Shown in pieces: positions 1 to 10,323 of a stretch of DNA of 64,000 nt. Source of the DNA: a virus. Its lineage: Duplodnaviria; Caudoviricetes. Both the position numbers and the translations under genes were made by a program. The first letter of the stretch is position 1, and every line of letters begins with the position of its first letter. A model generated the notes under the pieces. The model had not been told where the DNA came from, made no database searches, and worked only from the letters and a program-made list of their open reading frames with translations. Where the stretch lies: IMG/VR virus record IMGVR_UViG_3300001580_000006, positions 64,001 through 128,000 of that record; one strand, 5' to 3'.

Positions 1-22
1 TTCGCTTAAAATATATGACATA

Positions 23-2359
23 TTGAACTTGGACGCAAGCGGAAACGCTACCGAGGTTCCAAGACTAGTAGACATTCCACCAATAGAAATGCCCTACAGT
101 CAGTGGTCGTTTGATCCTGACACAAGTACCATTACCTTTTTGTCCTTTAGCGGCCTTGACAGGCCAGACTATCGCGTCGGCACGCAAACCGCCGACCCAG
201 GCTGGAACTCTACTTATATTGCCGAATATTGTTATAAAACATATCAGCAGGCTCACGGCCTATCGCCACTCAACTATATACAGGAGTACGGGCTTGACGG
301 CCAACTAATAGCTGGCACCATGCCCAACGTCACAGCCAAGCGTATAATCAATGACTTTGAGTCATATTCCTATACAGCTGGAACTACTACCTATCATGTT
401 GTAAGTAGATCGACTATTAAGCCAAATTCGACATTTACAGGCTCAATATTCTATTCTAATTCAGTTGAGTTTACCTGGGACGGCTCCACGCCACTAGCTC
501 TATCAGAAAAAATAGCTAGCAGCATAGATGAAGTTCGTACAGCTAGCACCGACGATGCCGCTCGCATCCTAATGCATAATACCAGCATAGGCTACAAGAT
601 ATCTATAATGGTGGACGATATTGAGTACGAGCTTCCAAGCGATAAATATACTGTTACGTCAGATTGGAATACCGCAACAGCCTCTATCGTAGTAGATCTA
701 GACGCCGGTGCTAAATTTAAATTCTACTATCAAAGCATCTATATTTGGGCTGACAGCGCAGTATCTGCTAGAAGCCTAGGTGATGCTTATGATCTAGTAC
801 CAGATTCCGCTGGTAGATTAATAAAGGTGTACAAGACACTGCTTCCTCTGGACAAATCATTGATGAGCCTAGAGGAACAGGCTCTTACGTTTGCCATTAC
901 GGACTACATATACACTACTGATAGAGATATTCGCAGTGGCGTGGCGGTAGACCAGTACAGAGACTTAGTTTGGGTAATAGAGAACTACGACCTAGTAGCG
1001 CACAATAAGCAAGGTATAGAAGTTGGCAGATTCTTCCTTCCATATCTAGATAGTATAACTACCGAGGATGGTGAGTCATTCCCGGTGCTACAAGATACTG
1101 TAAGTAGTAGTATTTATTCAGGACTTTGTGCCTGGAGAAACTACCTACTAACACTTAGGCTATATACTGAGGACTTGAGCCCACATACTGCACTATGTGT
1201 AATAGATCCAAATAAGCCAGAAGTTGGAGTTGTGTGGGAATACGTAATATCTGAAGATACCCACTATAATCAACTAACTATCGGTCCCAGTGACCACCTA
1301 TTGCTTTCTACTGCTGCAGGCATTGTAGACTACTTCAAGATACGATATGATTATTTTATGGTTGATTATAATGAACTGTATTTTAGAGAGTGGTATAGTT
1401 CGATAACTGTCGATGATGCGCACGTTATAACCACCTACAATAATCTGCTCAAAATACCAGTAGCTACCTCCATAGACAATATGCTATCACTAATGTCAAT
1501 GGATAGGTTGCCGGCTCTCAGAAACGACGAGGATGTTGCCCGTATTAAGAACCGTTTGCTTCGTAGGTCAAATTCTACCCAGCAAGGTTTGGTAAACGCT
1601 CTATTAAATGAATTTGCTATTACCGAAGATGTTGTCGTATCTAATCGTAATGTTTATATATTACAGCACCAACCATTAGGTTATGACTCAAGAGCAGTTG
1701 ACTTTGGGTTTACTGATTATTTTCCAATAGACGTACAGTTTCTATCGTCAAGCATATCAACTGGTCGACAGGGTGTCAATATTCCAACCGAAATAACAAC
1801 CACCATTCCGGCCAGCTCAATTCGTATATATGACGCAAACGGTAACTGGGTTATCGGATGGAGATGGATAGTCTGGATGGATGAGTCCCTCAAGTATACG
1901 CAGTTCTTAGAATTCAATAGTTCTCCTCCTCAGTCCAATAGTACGCCAGTGGCCTTCAAGGCTGTGTACTGGATAAGCGGGCCAGACGGAGAGCCAGTTA
2001 AATACTCTGAGGTGTTCTACCCAAAAGTAACGCACACCACTGCCCAACCGGTAGAGTTGGAGTATAAGAACAAGTCATATAATACAAATGTGTTTGGCGT
2101 GTGGGGGCTGAATAACACTACCGAGATGAAGCGCCTAGGCTACATTGACTTTTATAATAGACCCACAAAGAAACTTAGGCTCTTGATCAAGCAACAAGAG
2201 GACATAACAAAACTGAAATGGGGTAACGGTGTGTGGGACTTCACTCCTTGGGCTAACGAACAACTGCAACTTATTGGAGCAGAAACCCTACCAGCTCTAT
2301 TTGATCAGGACTATTTAGCAGATAAACCAACACCAGAACATCCAGACGAAATAGATTAA
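23..2359 (+). CDS. Putative virion structural protein (tail/baseplate region); may start upstream of the window
   Basis: 778-aa ORF rich in T/S/Y, first of a tightly packed co-oriented block of large ORFs; no enzyme motif seen. Confidence 0.55.
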   Translation: MNLDASGNATEVPRLVDIPPIEMPYSQWSFDPDTSTITFLSFSGLDRPDYRVGTQTADPGWNSTYIAEYCYKTYQQAHGLSPLNYIQEYGLDGQLIAGTMPNVTAKRIINDFESYSYTAGTTTYHVVSRSTIKPNSTFTGSIFYSNSVEFTWDGSTPLALSEKIASSIDEVRTASTDDAARILMHNTSIGYKISIMVDDIEYELPSDKYTVTSDWNTATASIVVDLDAGAKFKFYYQSIYIWADSAVSARSLGDAYDLVPDSAGRLIKVYKTLLPLDKSLMSLEEQALTFAITDYIYTTDRDIRSGVAVDQYRDLVWVIENYDLVAHNKQGIEVGRFFLPYLDSITTEDGESFPVLQDTVSSSIYSGLCAWRNYLLTLRLYTEDLSPHTALCVIDPNKPEVGVVWEYVISEDTHYNQLTIGPSDHLLLSTAAGIVDYFKIRYDYFMVDYNELYFREWYSSITVDDAHVITTYNNLLKIPVATSIDNMLSLMSMDRLPALRNDEDVARIKNRLLRRSNSTQQGLVNALLNEFAITEDVVVSNRNVYILQHQPLGYDSRAVDFGFTDYFPIDVQFLSSSISTGRQGVNIPTEITTTIPASSIRIYDANGNWVIGWRWIVWMDESLKYTQFLEFNSSPPQSNSTPVAFKAVYWISGPDGEPVKYSEVFYPKVTHTTAQPVELEYKNKSYNTNVFGVWGLNNTTEMKRLGYIDFYNRPTKKLRLLIKQQEDITKLKWGNGVWDFTPWANEQLQLIGAETLPALFDQDYLADKPTPEHPDEID

Positions 2360-2372
2360 CTAGGAGACAATA

Positions 2373-2891
2373 ATGGGATATAACCAATACAAGGAAGCCA
2401 TGGACAGCGGTGTAGGCCTAAACCTGTCCGACGTGGTAGAGCGCGGGTCTGACCCAACTGCACCCGAAGACGCACCTATAGGCTATTTTGTAAACAACGA
2501 GTCAGGGATTACGCCAACCATATCCAGCCAAGGTAGTCTGTCTAACACTCTAGTAGGTGCCGAGACCGCTGGCGATGTATGGACTGTTGTCTCCGGCGGC
2601 TCTACTAGCAGATACGTTAAGTTGCGTGCACTAACAAAGCTTCGCCGGATAAACATTAGGACGGCTACTCCTTTAGCAGTCGATGACCACTTAAAGGTGG
2701 AGTATCACACCAGCAATGAAACCGACGCTACGTCGCTAACTAGTGGGTGGCAGGCACTCAATACCACAGAGGTTAGGGATCCTCAGTCGGGCGCCTATAC
2801 ATTTTCGGCGCCATCTGCTGAGTTCTCTGCTGTGTGGATCAAGATTACACTTTATAATAGCAAACTCCTACAAGAGAGGTATGTACTATAA
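2373..2891 (+). CDS. Putative virion structural protein
   Basis: 172 aa, AGGAG RBS upstream, stop overlaps the next start (TAATG). Confidence 0.5.
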   Translation: MGYNQYKEAMDSGVGLNLSDVVERGSDPTAPEDAPIGYFVNNESGITPTISSQGSLSNTLVGAETAGDVWTVVSGGSTSRYVKLRALTKLRRINIRTATPLAVDDHLKVEYHTSNETDATSLTSGWQALNTTEVRDPQSGAYTFSAPSAEFSAVWIKITLYNSKLLQERYVL

Positions 2892-3778
2892 TGGGCAGCA
2901 TCACAGTAAAGCACATTGAGTTAATCGTAGACCAGTCTGTAGCTAGTGACGACCTAGAGTTTTGGGCTGGCCCATCCGGCCTAAGCGAAGTCGCCTTAGC
3001 AGAGACCGGCGCCGGCAGAATACCAGAGGACGAATATAATGTGGTGGTAACCAACATAACACCACTTGGAGAATCTCGTCCTACTCCTGTAGCCGATATT
3101 ACCCTATCTGACTCACTGCAAACCCTAACAGTCTCTGACATTCCAGTTGTTGACTACTACAAACAACCGAATGGCGGAGGCACTGCTGTTCAGGTTAATA
3201 TCACAGAGCGCCGTGTGTACATCAAAGCTCATGATTCTAGTGAGTGGAGACTAGCAGCTATTCTAACCGATGGCACTATTGGTACGGTGTACATAAACTG
3301 GAACCCAGATCCACTTATTCTACAGTGGATGTACAGCACCGACACTGTTACCTGGTACAACGTAACCGATGTTAGCACAAAGACAGTTCTTGGAGACGAG
3401 CTAACCCTTGACTCTATTAGTAAACTATTTGCTGCCTCTATCGGTAGCTATTTGCCTGGAGAAGCTAACCCAGAGTGTTGCCAAGTCGAAGTAAATAACA
3501 ACACAAGCTATGCTATCAACTCGCTTAAAGCATTTATTCTTACCAACAACACTGATAGCAACTCGCCAACAATTGCCGACTGCCTGCAGATTGCAAACCC
3601 AACCGACGCATTTACCGACAAAGCTACTTTAGATGCAGCAGCGGACAACTTCATTGTTCTTGGCACAAGCATTGCTATCGGGTCTTCTGCAGGTCTATAC
3701 CTAAGATATAAGCATGATGATCTACCGCTTGGCACTATAACAAGCTTCATAGGAATTACAGCTGAGCTAAACACCTAA
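2891..3778 (+). CDS. Putative virion structural protein
   Basis: 295 aa, translationally coupled, beta-rich composition. Confidence 0.5.
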   Translation: MGSITVKHIELIVDQSVASDDLEFWAGPSGLSEVALAETGAGRIPEDEYNVVVTNITPLGESRPTPVADITLSDSLQTLTVSDIPVVDYYKQPNGGGTAVQVNITERRVYIKAHDSSEWRLAAILTDGTIGTVYINWNPDPLILQWMYSTDTVTWYNVTDVSTKTVLGDELTLDSISKLFAASIGSYLPGEANPECCQVEVNNNTSYAINSLKAFILTNNTDSNSPTIADCLQIANPTDAFTDKATLDAAADNFIVLGTSIAIGSSAGLYLRYKHDDLPLGTITSFIGITAELNT

Positions 3779-5317
3779 ATGGCTACTACTCTCTATAGAC
3801 AACTACAGGTAATTTCGACTCCTGTTGCTGGCACGCGAATTGTTAGACAACTAGTGGTTACAGGAAGCTCGGAGCTACATGGTATAATATATCGACAGGT
3901 ATCGGTACAGGCGGTTGGTACGCCAGTACCTGCTCCTTTTGTTGTTCATAGGGAGTTAAAGATATCTGGCGAAGGCACTGAAGTAAGGACAACTTTAGTA
4001 TTTAGAGAGTTGTCTATAAGCGCAGTTAAGTACCCAGAACCGCCAGAGTTAAGCGTTACAGTTCTAGACAGCAAGGTAGTGTTGTGGGGCAACTATGATA
4101 AGACCAGTCCAACTTATGAGTTGTATGGGTCTAATGACGGAGCCACCTTTACAAAAATAGGCACCACCAATAATCAAGTGCAGATTTCAAACTTTAATGG
4201 CTATAGCCAATATAAGATAGTTGCTAACCACGATCTAGACGGTGATGGTATTAAAGAATACTCTGCAGAATCTGTATATACTGGGTTTCAGCTGCCACCA
4301 AACGCATCCATCTATTGGGCTGGAACTGCACTTAATACAACCGATCTGGCTTTAGTTGGTGCCGTGTTGGACGGCTCTGAGATAGTAGCAAAGCTAGACC
4401 CTGGTGTAGCGTACCTGCCAAACGGCTTCGGTTACTGGATTGGTAGTGGTGACCACTATGCTATTAGTACTGCAGATTTTTCCGTGCTTAACCCAAGACC
4501 AGAGTACTACCCAGTAATAACAATACCATTTAGTACTTTGATCGCTCTAAATGCCGACTTCGCAATAGATGCTGCCACCTGGCCAGTTTCGGTGTACACT
4601 ATTCGTGATGAAGAACAAGTAGCATCTCATATGCCTACGTACTCAGGTTACTTTATATATGATACACCTCCTACCAACCAAGAGTACAATACCGCTGTTA
4701 GGGTGCCAGATCCAGGCCTAGATAGACAGATAGACTCTATTCCAGTTAGAAACTGGAATACTGGAATTATATCAGATTACTCTATTCACGGCTCCAGCGT
4801 AGACTTTGATAATATTGAAGTAAATCAATTTGTGGTTGACTGGGCCAACGAAAGACTAGTTATGTGTCTTAAAGATTATTCAATTACTGGTATGGTTCAC
4901 ATCTGTATAGGAAAGAGCTCATTAGTTTCATCTAGAGATATTACCGCCGGCACACACAGAATTGGTCAATCATATTTAATATTGAAAGACAGTGACAGAT
5001 CTCAAGGCGCCAACCGACTATGTAAGTTATTGGCAGAGGTGTCACGCGGAGAGGCTGGTAGGGCTGGTATGCCAACGCAACTAACAGTATATGCCCTAGA
5101 TGAAACAGACAGCCCGGTAAGTAATATCAATATTAGTATCACCAACTCGTTGGGCTCAGGTTCATTAGCCGGCACAACAAATAGTGATGGCCTGTGCGTG
5201 GCATCATTAGATTTTATTACAGCTGGATTGGCCACTATTAAAGTAACTGCCACCGATACCCTAGGCGTCGAAGAATTAAGTCGTATTGTGCGCACTATTT
5301 ATTATGAGGTTAGGTAA
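3779..5317 (+). CDS. Putative virion protein with C-terminal Ig-like domain
   Basis: 512 aa; the C-terminal LTVYALDE...PVSNINISI...GTTNSDGLC pattern resembles Big-1/Ig-like domains; N-terminal RQLxV repeats. Confidence 0.5.
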   Translation: MATTLYRQLQVISTPVAGTRIVRQLVVTGSSELHGIIYRQVSVQAVGTPVPAPFVVHRELKISGEGTEVRTTLVFRELSISAVKYPEPPELSVTVLDSKVVLWGNYDKTSPTYELYGSNDGATFTKIGTTNNQVQISNFNGYSQYKIVANHDLDGDGIKEYSAESVYTGFQLPPNASIYWAGTALNTTDLALVGAVLDGSEIVAKLDPGVAYLPNGFGYWIGSGDHYAISTADFSVLNPRPEYYPVITIPFSTLIALNADFAIDAATWPVSVYTIRDEEQVASHMPTYSGYFIYDTPPTNQEYNTAVRVPDPGLDRQIDSIPVRNWNTGIISDYSIHGSSVDFDNIEVNQFVVDWANERLVMCLKDYSITGMVHICIGKSSLVSSRDITAGTHRIGQSYLILKDSDRSQGANRLCKLLAEVSRGEAGRAGMPTQLTVYALDETDSPVSNINISITNSLGSGSLAGTTNSDGLCVASLDFITAGLATIKVTATDTLGVEELSRIVRTIYYEVR

Positions 5318-7809
5318 TGGGAGCTCCAATCATTACCATAGGAAATAAGTTCTCTCCAATCGTAGCCGCTCCGTTGGTTCAGCTAGAGCTGGCGCGTAGC
5401 CAGGACCCAATAGTTAGTAGCGTTTCTAGTATACTGGACTCAGCTACGGTATATCCATATAGTAGCATAATACCTACCTTGATTAGTGGTGGACTTGTAG
5501 GCACAGCCTGGCACTACAGCGGAGTATCGGTTAGTGGTAGTAGTCTACTACTAACACCTACTGGGTATCTAACCACCAATATCACAACTGGGGTGTGTGC
5601 CGGAACAGACTACACAGTTACCTTAGCTACGACTGCCTCTGATAGACAAGTGGGTGTTACTGTGAACGACGTCGTATTGCAGCCAACACTAGTTCTTAGT
5701 GGCACTACAAACATAATACAATATAAACTGTCACTTAGCAACAGTCAGCCATATATTAAGCTGTTGATAAGATCGTCTGCCAATATAAGTATAGCTGGTA
5801 TCGAGGCGCGGTGCGACGAGCTTCTCTACACTAATAAGTCAATTGGCGATGATCAATTCTTCTATCAGTATCAGGCGCTGTGGCACCATAGGGTGAGCTC
5901 AGCCAAAAGGCTTGACGTAATAGGGCCGTATGGTGAAACCATTCCAGCATCTGAATATGTTGTTGAATACTCAGCCACCGCGTATACTGATCTGCCGCGA
6001 TACAGCCCACTGCGTACCTGGGTAGACTATATGCCAGAAGCCACTTGCGTTGTTCGTATACTATTTAAACAGCGTCTAGTCTCTGCATACAAAGGCAAAC
6101 CTCTATATCTTAAGTACAATAAAGTTCCTCCGGCCAGCAGCGCAAACAAAGAAGTTATATATGGTTTTAGAGAACTAATAGACTCAACTGGTATCGACGT
6201 TCTGCCGTTCTACTCTGCTGCTGTCACCCACGTAACCGCTACAAAGTGGGGGGGGCTATCGGTAGAGGATAGCGGGTACGATATGCGTAGCTCAAGGCCA
6301 AAGATAGGCAGCGCTCTGTTTTTTGTACCAAAAAGCATGGCCTCCTCTACTGCCTTCCCTCACACCACAAGTGATGAACTATTTTGGCATATAACTGAAG
6401 CAGCCAACCAAGGGTCCCACAACTCTACTGGGTGCACCAAGATATCATGGCAGCCTGTAAAGCTTATGGGCTCAAATCTAATAAAGGTTGATGCTCTTCG
6501 CGTGGCGCGTAATCCATATCCAGACAACCGCATTAAGTTGTTATACGATTACGATCCTGACACTGGTGTATACGAGCCAGCCGATATGCAGAACAAGTCT
6601 ATGGCTGATGTCGATGGAACCTTACTAGTATATACCACTCATAGTCTAAACACAAGCGTTATAGCTGGTGTTGACTCTAATAATGGCCTAATACACTGCA
6701 ACGAGCAGTTAAATGGCAGAGAAGCATACATTAGTTATTTGCGACCTAAATCTTGGTGGACGTTTGATAGACCATATCTTGTTGGGCCTACTGGGCTCAA
6801 AAGAGACATAGACGGCTCTGAGACAGCAGACTTGCCAATCATTGCTACTATAAAACTATTGCCATCATACTATGCACTTACTAATTGCTCATACACAGTA
6901 GACGGTGATTCTGTGTCAATAGCAGCTACCAATCTTAAGTATAAAGATACTGCGTGGCTTAACAGGTTGGCATTATTCGGAAGCGGTATAGGACTAAAGG
7001 CCGTGTTTCTAAATAACGGTATTCTGCCTTCTATATCAATACTAGTTACTGGCGCAACCTATAGTGATTCCATAATAACTTTATCACTGGCATCTACGCC
7101 ACCAAACGGGTATACGCTAGTACTAGTGCCTGACTTATTCGAGCATATTAAACTACTATATAGTTATAAAGATAGCAGTGATGACGTAGTTACAAAGTCT
7201 GCCTGGTACGACAGCACGGTTCCTACTGAGTTCTACACGCCAGAGAACCCATACTATGATCAAGCCATTGTGCTAGGAACATATCATGTACCAGACAGAG
7301 TTCCTGGTGACTACAAACTTACCAAGATTACAGTCGATGGCGGAGGGCTTTTGCCAGATGAATTCTATGGACCAGGCGAGCTTCAGGCTATGTATCCTGC
7401 AAACAATAACTTTGCAGACATAGCTAGGTGGCAGGGTAATCCATATCAGGCAGAATCTACTGTAATAGTGGGTGTTACGTCTGATTGGTTAGCAGCCTAC
7501 TCTACTAAAGTGCAGGCTGAATTAGGGATTGCCAACGCTCAGGAGTATGTATTAAACAAGATTAAAGAGGTGGCAAGCAAATACTGCTCTTACGGTGCGT
7601 GGGTAGAGGTAATTGTTATACCAAGAACTGGAATATTGCCACTGCCTTGGGGCCAAGGAAGCTTTATGCCAGACGCTACAGATACTAGTAATGATACTGA
7701 TTATAGTTTAGTGGATATGTGTATAGACTTTGTACCAAACTCAGCCGATACCACCACTCAGCCAACAGATATGCAAATATATGGTTTACTAAAACCACTG
7801 GAGCCTTAA
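5317..7809 (+). CDS. Putative baseplate/tail structural protein
   Basis: 830 aa, coupled to the upstream gene in the structural block. Confidence 0.5.
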   Translation: MGAPIITIGNKFSPIVAAPLVQLELARSQDPIVSSVSSILDSATVYPYSSIIPTLISGGLVGTAWHYSGVSVSGSSLLLTPTGYLTTNITTGVCAGTDYTVTLATTASDRQVGVTVNDVVLQPTLVLSGTTNIIQYKLSLSNSQPYIKLLIRSSANISIAGIEARCDELLYTNKSIGDDQFFYQYQALWHHRVSSAKRLDVIGPYGETIPASEYVVEYSATAYTDLPRYSPLRTWVDYMPEATCVVRILFKQRLVSAYKGKPLYLKYNKVPPASSANKEVIYGFRELIDSTGIDVLPFYSAAVTHVTATKWGGLSVEDSGYDMRSSRPKIGSALFFVPKSMASSTAFPHTTSDELFWHITEAANQGSHNSTGCTKISWQPVKLMGSNLIKVDALRVARNPYPDNRIKLLYDYDPDTGVYEPADMQNKSMADVDGTLLVYTTHSLNTSVIAGVDSNNGLIHCNEQLNGREAYISYLRPKSWWTFDRPYLVGPTGLKRDIDGSETADLPIIATIKLLPSYYALTNCSYTVDGDSVSIAATNLKYKDTAWLNRLALFGSGIGLKAVFLNNGILPSISILVTGATYSDSIITLSLASTPPNGYTLVLVPDLFEHIKLLYSYKDSSDDVVTKSAWYDSTVPTEFYTPENPYYDQAIVLGTYHVPDRVPGDYKLTKITVDGGGLLPDEFYGPGELQAMYPANNNFADIARWQGNPYQAESTVIVGVTSDWLAAYSTKVQAELGIANAQEYVLNKIKEVASKYCSYGAWVEVIVIPRTGILPLPWGQGSFMPDATDTSNDTDYSLVDMCIDFVPNSADTTTQPTDMQIYGLLKPLEP

Positions 7810-7810
7810 A

Positions 7811-8338
7811 ATGAAGCTACTCTACAGATTTAACTTAATGGGTCTCGACTCTTTACGCTATTATAATCCTAACTTAGAAGTTAGGCTATATCCGGCTGGC
7901 TCGTCAGTCACCCCAATAGTGGCCACGCCGAATGTAGATCTTCCTGGGGAGTACACTGTGGTTATAGACCCAACCGAGGTTGGTTTTGACTCGTCATTTA
8001 TCTGCCCACGCTATGATGTAAAGCTCTATGATTCTGAGACCCTTACTGAGACTATGCTTTACTCTAACAAGAATTTAGGTGGGTGGCGCTGGGTGATTCG
8101 CAATGTTGCAGTGCTAACAGAGCCAGAGGATTCAATAGTGTTTGCTGATTTAACAGATACAATGGGTGACGCTCTGCCTGCTAATATACCAAACGCACTT
8201 GTTCTTGTATTAGCCCACCACACGGACAGGGCTATGTATGCAAAAGATATTACGTCAACAGGGTTTACACTAGGAATTGCAGTGGCTGGCTCGTCAGATC
8301 CTGGTGAATGCGATATTGCTATTGAAGTGACAGACTAA
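7811..8338 (+). CDS. Putative virion structural protein
   Basis: 175 aa within the structural block. Confidence 0.45.
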   Translation: MKLLYRFNLMGLDSLRYYNPNLEVRLYPAGSSVTPIVATPNVDLPGEYTVVIDPTEVGFDSSFICPRYDVKLYDSETLTETMLYSNKNLGGWRWVIRNVAVLTEPEDSIVFADLTDTMGDALPANIPNALVLVLAHHTDRAMYAKDITSTGFTLGIAVAGSSDPGECDIAIEVTD

Positions 8339-8352
8339 TTGGAGTGCTATAA

Positions 8353-10323
8353 ATGCTCCCAGGATCTCAAATATCATCAATTAATGAAAACCTTGCTATC
8401 TCTAACTCTGCAAGAAGCATACTTCTTGGTAGGTTCCCACAACTAAGCGCCTCCGCGCTTCGCCAAGAAATAGCTACTCTGCTAGAAACTGTAAACAAGC
8501 TACAGTTTAAAATAGTTACAGCAAGATTAGTAGTTCAAGAAGATGCTATAATGGACTCGGCCTCTTACAACGACTTTATGATGTCTGTTAGTATAGATAT
8601 TGCTAGCCTATATGAGCGCATTATGCTAATCGAAGATATCATAGGTAGGGTTCAGAACTTATCGGTGGCCTCGTCCAAAGACATAAGAGTACAACTAGCT
8701 AGCGTAGAGCGAACAATTGGAGAGCTTCTTGCTACCCAGGCAGATAGCAGCCTTTTTGGCGCATTGCTGCTTACTGACCAAATAACCAATATGTCTGGCG
8801 ACGCTGGCTTTTCTCCTGATGGCGCACTCGTAATAAAATATAAAGAGAGCCTGTTTAACAATAATACTACAGTTAAGTCAGTTGAGATAGATAGACCAGA
8901 GGATGTTGTTGGGTATGATATTCTTGGAGTAGACCCAGTACAAGACTATTCTGGTGGAACCTTTAGTTGTTTTATCAAAGGCATGGCCAACGGAGTGTGG
9001 TATGAAAATGTGTACAAAACTACACCTGACCCAGATGGGCTAGAATACTATGTAACTCTTAACTTTCGCTCAGCCGTAAGATTAAATGGGCTATACTACT
9101 CCATGGTAGATAGGGAGCACAACAGAGTAGTTAAGATAGAATGCTTAGCTGTTACTAGTAATGATGTGCAGTGGATGACTGCTGTTAAAGGCGGCATGCT
9201 TTATGACTATGATTTTGGTTGGGCTCCTTCTATAACAGACCCGATGGAGTGCCCAGTAACAGGGTTATTCTATAATGGTAGCTTATACACTTTTGATAAT
9301 GAATCAGTTGATAAAACCGTATACGGCATTAAGGCAGTACGGCTATCAATAAGAAATTCGTTCTATGACTATGAATCAGTAGAGGAGCTAATCGAAGGCA
9401 CTACGGTGCCCACTAGCATTAGTCAGTTGTCTGATATGGCTCCAAAGACTACTGTAAAAACATATGTGCGGTATAAGGTTGGTGCGTACTATATAGCTCC
9501 TTATATGCACAGTTATGGCAGCTCTTGTTCGGTAGAAACAAAGAGATTTAAACAAAGCTATATGCTAGAAGATAAGAGGTCGTTTGCGAACAACCTCACG
9601 GTATATATGCGTAAGCTGCTGCTTAGCAGCAATAACGAAATAAACTCTAGGATGCACTTTTGGCTAGATGGGCAAGGTCCAGCTCGTAGAGTTGAGCCCG
9701 TTACTCCTGGCACAACACTTACATACTATAACTATTCTTCTGCCTCTGGTACTGACCCGTATGACCCAGCAAACAGAGAGTGGGACCAGAGTCGACCAGT
9801 ACGAAGGGTTGAGACTATCGATCTTAGTAATGATATCAACGAGCAGGTAGGCCCAGGATATGTTCATACCTCAACTTCCGCTTATATTGATTACGCATAC
9901 TGGTACCAAGATTCTGCACAGCAGTGGTACTACACAGACCGTAAAATAATAGACGGCACTGGTCAGTTTGTTGAGCAGCGAGCAACGGTAGGTACAACAG
10001 TAATGGCTTTTGATCCAACGGCGGTTGACGCTGAGGGCAGAATGGAGTTCTACTTTGGCGCTATTCCAGGTGAGGCAAATGTAGAGCTTGTAGACTCAGA
10101 CAAGGAACAAACACTATCATTTGATTACATATCCAACACCACTGCCACTAGAACTGTGAATTATATTTTCCGTGGGGCCGACAAAACAACCGGTATAGAG
10201 TGTGTGGAGAGCGGCGAGCTGTCTCTGCTTAGCCCAACCTCCGAAGCAAAATCAGAAGCTATAAAATTTAGTCTAGAGACTAAGAACGCAAAAGGTAAAC
10301 TCACTATATTTATTGAGATATGA
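8353..10323 (+). CDS. Putative virion protein, paralog family with N-terminal coiled coil
   Basis: 656 aa; GGAG RBS; segment SASYNDFMMSVSIDIASLY resembles neighbouring ORFs. Confidence 0.5.
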   Translation: MLPGSQISSINENLAISNSARSILLGRFPQLSASALRQEIATLLETVNKLQFKIVTARLVVQEDAIMDSASYNDFMMSVSIDIASLYERIMLIEDIIGRVQNLSVASSKDIRVQLASVERTIGELLATQADSSLFGALLLTDQITNMSGDAGFSPDGALVIKYKESLFNNNTTVKSVEIDRPEDVVGYDILGVDPVQDYSGGTFSCFIKGMANGVWYENVYKTTPDPDGLEYYVTLNFRSAVRLNGLYYSMVDREHNRVVKIECLAVTSNDVQWMTAVKGGMLYDYDFGWAPSITDPMECPVTGLFYNGSLYTFDNESVDKTVYGIKAVRLSIRNSFYDYESVEELIEGTTVPTSISQLSDMAPKTTVKTYVRYKVGAYYIAPYMHSYGSSCSVETKRFKQSYMLEDKRSFANNLTVYMRKLLLSSNNEINSRMHFWLDGQGPARRVEPVTPGTTLTYYNYSSASGTDPYDPANREWDQSRPVRRVETIDLSNDINEQVGPGYVHTSTSAYIDYAYWYQDSAQQWYYTDRKIIDGTGQFVEQRATVGTTVMAFDPTAVDAEGRMEFYFGAIPGEANVELVDSDKEQTLSFDYISNTTATRTVNYIFRGADKTTGIECVESGELSLLSPTSEAKSEAIKFSLETKNAKGKLTIFIEI